Below are positions 61,560-64,000 of a DNA stretch of 64,000 bases, piece after piece. The DNA is from Scenedesmus sp. PABB004. Its lineage: Eukaryota. A program made the translations under genes and the position numbers. Location: NCBI GenBank assembly GCA_014905635.1, contig CM026548.1, positions 930,001 to 994,000 of the forward strand. The letters are read 5' to 3'. The stretch's first letter is position 1, and each line of letters begins with the position of its first letter. The notes beneath the pieces are model-generated. The model made no database searches, was not told where the DNA came from, and saw only the letters and a program-made list of their open reading frames with translations.

Positions 61560-61701
61560 TGCAGGGCGCCCTGGAGGGCACCTGCATCCTCTTCCACACG
61601 AGCGTGCGCGAGCTCGCCGAGGACTTCCGGCGGTGAGCGCGCCGCGCCCGGCCCCGTGGTCCCCCGCGTGCGCGCGGCGGCGACATAAAAGCTGACGGTG
61701 C

Positions 61702-61764
<63 letters not shown>

Positions 61765-64000
61765 GGCGCCGCAGCGACCTGGGGCGGCACGTGTACGTGA
61801 CGCCCACGAGCTACCTCGCGCTCATCACCACGTACCGCGACCTGCTCGCCCGCCAGCGCGGCGCCGTGTCGGCGGCGCGCGACCGCTACGCCCTGGGGGT
61901 GCAGAAGCTGCTCGCGGCCGAGGCCGACGTCACGACCATGCGCGCGGAGCTCACGGAGCTGCAGCCCAAGCTCATCAGCACCGGTGCGCGTGGGCTCGTC
62001 GGCGCGCGTGTGGCTCGTCGGCGCGGCCGCGACGGGCGCGGCCGCGGCCCGGCGTCGGCGAGCGAGGCGCGGCTCACCCCAGGCCCGCCGCTGCCGCAGG
62101 CGCCGAGGTGCAGGAGACGCTGCGCGTGGTCGACGCGCAGACGCGCGAGGCGGCTGCCAAGAAGGAGCTGGTCGCGGCCGAGGAGGCGGTCGCAGCCGAA
62201 AAGGCGGCGGCGGCCAAGGCGATCAAGGTGCGCCGGCGCCGCCCGCGCCGCCGCCCGCGCCGCCAGCCGCGCAGCGCCCGACCGCGCCTTGCGCCGGCGC
62301 CCGCGCTGGCAGGACGAGTGCGAGGCCGAGCTGGCGGTGGCGATGCCAATGCTGGACGCGGCGCTCGCCGCGCTCAACACGCTGACCAAGGCCGACATCA
62401 CCGAGGCGCGCGCCGTGCCGCGCCGCGACCTGCAGCGCCCGCCCACGGCGCAAGCGCCGCGCCGGCCCTGCGCGCCGGCCCCGCGCGCGCCACGCAGACG
62501 GGGCGCCGCTGCGCCCCGCAGGTGCGGTCGATGAAGAGCCCTCCCGCGGCGGTCAAGGTCACGCTGGAGGCGGTCTGCCAGCTGCTCGCCGTCAAGCCCA
62601 AGAAGGCGCGGCGCGGTCGCGGCGCCGCGCTGGCCGGCCCTGCGGCGCACGCTGCCGCGCCGGCGGCGGGCCGGGCTCGCGAGCGCCGCGCGTGACGCCG
62701 CGCCGCGCCGCGCACGCCGCAGGTGAACGACCCCACCGACCCTACGAAGAAGGTGGACGACTACTGGGGGCCCTCGCAGGCGCTGCTCGGCGACTCAGGC
62801 TTTATGGCTCAGCTCCAGGCGCGGCGGCACGGCGGGGCTGCGGCGGCGGCGCGTGGCGCGCGGGGCGGAGCGCGCCCGCGCGACGCTGGAGGGTGGTGGC
62901 CGTGACATGCTTTGCGCCGCCGGTCATTCAACCAATCCGCAGGAGTTTGACAAGGACAACGTGCCGCCCGAGCGCATCGCGGCGGTGCGGCCGTACCTGG
63001 CGCGGCCCGAGTTCCAGCCCGAGACCGTGCGCAAGGCGAGCAAGGCGGCGCACGGGCTCTGCTGCTGGGCGCGGGCGATGGAGGCGTACGACAGGTGCGC
63101 GCGGCCGCGAGCGGAGGGAGGGCAGGTCAGGCGCCCTGCGGCCGTGCCGCGCACAGGCTCCTGGCGGCGCGGCGGGCCCGGCGCGGGGGCCTCGCGCCCA
63201 GCCCCGCCCGGCGCCGCGCCCACGGCGGCTCGCCGGCGTGCCCGCAGGGTGGCCAAGGTCGTCGCGCCGAAGCGGGCGGCGCTGGCGCAGGCGGAGGCGG
63301 AGTTTGCGGCGCTCATGTCGGGCCTGGAGGCAAAGAAGGCGGAGCTCGCGGCCGTGGTCGCGGCGCTGGACGGCCTGAGCGCGCGGCTCGCGGAGATGCA
63401 GGCGCGGCGCGCCGCGCTCGCGGGCGAGGTCGGGCTGTGCGAGGCCAAGCTCGGCCGCGCGACGGCGCTCATCGGCGGCCTCGGCGGCGAGAAGGCGCGC
63501 TGGGGCGACGTTGCGGCGGGGCTGGCGGCCGACTACGCGTGCCTCACCGGCGACGTGCTGCTCGCCGCCGGCTGCATCGCGTACCTGGGACCGTTCTCCC
63601 AGCCGTACCGCGAGGCCGCGCTGGCGCAGTGGGCGGAGCGCTGCAGGTGGGTGCGCGTCGCTGGCCGAGCGGCCGGCGCAAGCGCGGCGTTGTGGCACGC
63701 GCGGTGCGGTGGCGCACCCTGACCCACCCGCGCGCCGCGCCGCCCCCGCACCACGCCGGCGCAGGTCGGCCGGCATCCCCTGCAGCGCGCGCTTCAGCCT
63801 CGCCGCGACGCTCGGCGACGCCGTGACGACGCGCGCGTGGCTGCTCGACGGCCTGCCCAACGACGCGCTGAGCATTGACAACGCCATCATCGTCAACAAT
63901 GCGCAGCGCTGGCCGCTCATGATCGACCCGCAGGTGCGTGCGTGTTGTGCACGCAGGGACCGCCGCTCTGTTCGGCGCTGCGCGGCGCGGTGGCCGGCGC
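47087..64000 (+). CDS. Axonemal inner-arm dynein heavy chain, about 59 introns, 3'-partial (ends at start of AAA5)
   Basis: Linker [10 protein letters not shown] and [20 protein letters not shown]1 [35 protein letters not shown]2 [12 protein letters not shown]3 GPTG|TGKT, DDLNMP; AAA4 GVGGSGRS; stalk; [18 protein letters not shown]. The first four exons from ATG 47087 join in frame. Confidence 0.97.
61703..61763 (+). repeat. (GCCCGC)n intronic hexamer repeat
   Basis: Directly visible. Confidence 0.9.

Noticed and set aside
47087..64000. Introns as a mobile introner family
   Set aside because: They share only low-complexity GCGCC-type content. I saw no common complex sequence, fixed length or terminal inverted repeats.

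Overview
This is eukaryotic nuclear DNA of extreme GC content (roughly 80% by eye), with many short introns (about 90-250 nt, donors GTGCGC/GCGCGC, acceptors mostly CGCAG). Gene content and style point to a chlorophyte green alga, probably Sphaeropleales (inference). The long ORFs in the supplied track are mostly GC artefacts or read through introns, so I rebuilt genes manually by splicing. In order: DET1 (5'-partial); an SBP-domain transcription factor with a TM tail; a duplicated first exon of a receptor kinase; a small Cys-rich PAN/Apple-like gene; a receptor-like TKL kinase; a GH9 endoglucanase with a CBM1-like module; an orphan coiled-coil protein; a membrane-anchored nitroreductase; a GH85 ENGase; chloroplast thioredoxin-like 4; an SCY1-like pseudokinase; MON2; an unannotated protein with CYTH-like motif order; a PAP2 lipid phosphate phosphatase; and an inner-arm axonemal dynein heavy chain (3'-partial). 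The three most interesting points are (1) the kinase locus, with a near-identical upstream exon-1 copy, a palindrome at its breakpoint and an interposed Cys-rich gene, (2) the CYTH-like gene head-to-head with a phosphatase, and (3) a very high share of GC-AG introns. I saw no rRNA, tRNA, CRISPR array or recognisable transposon. Exon boundaries are manual predictions.
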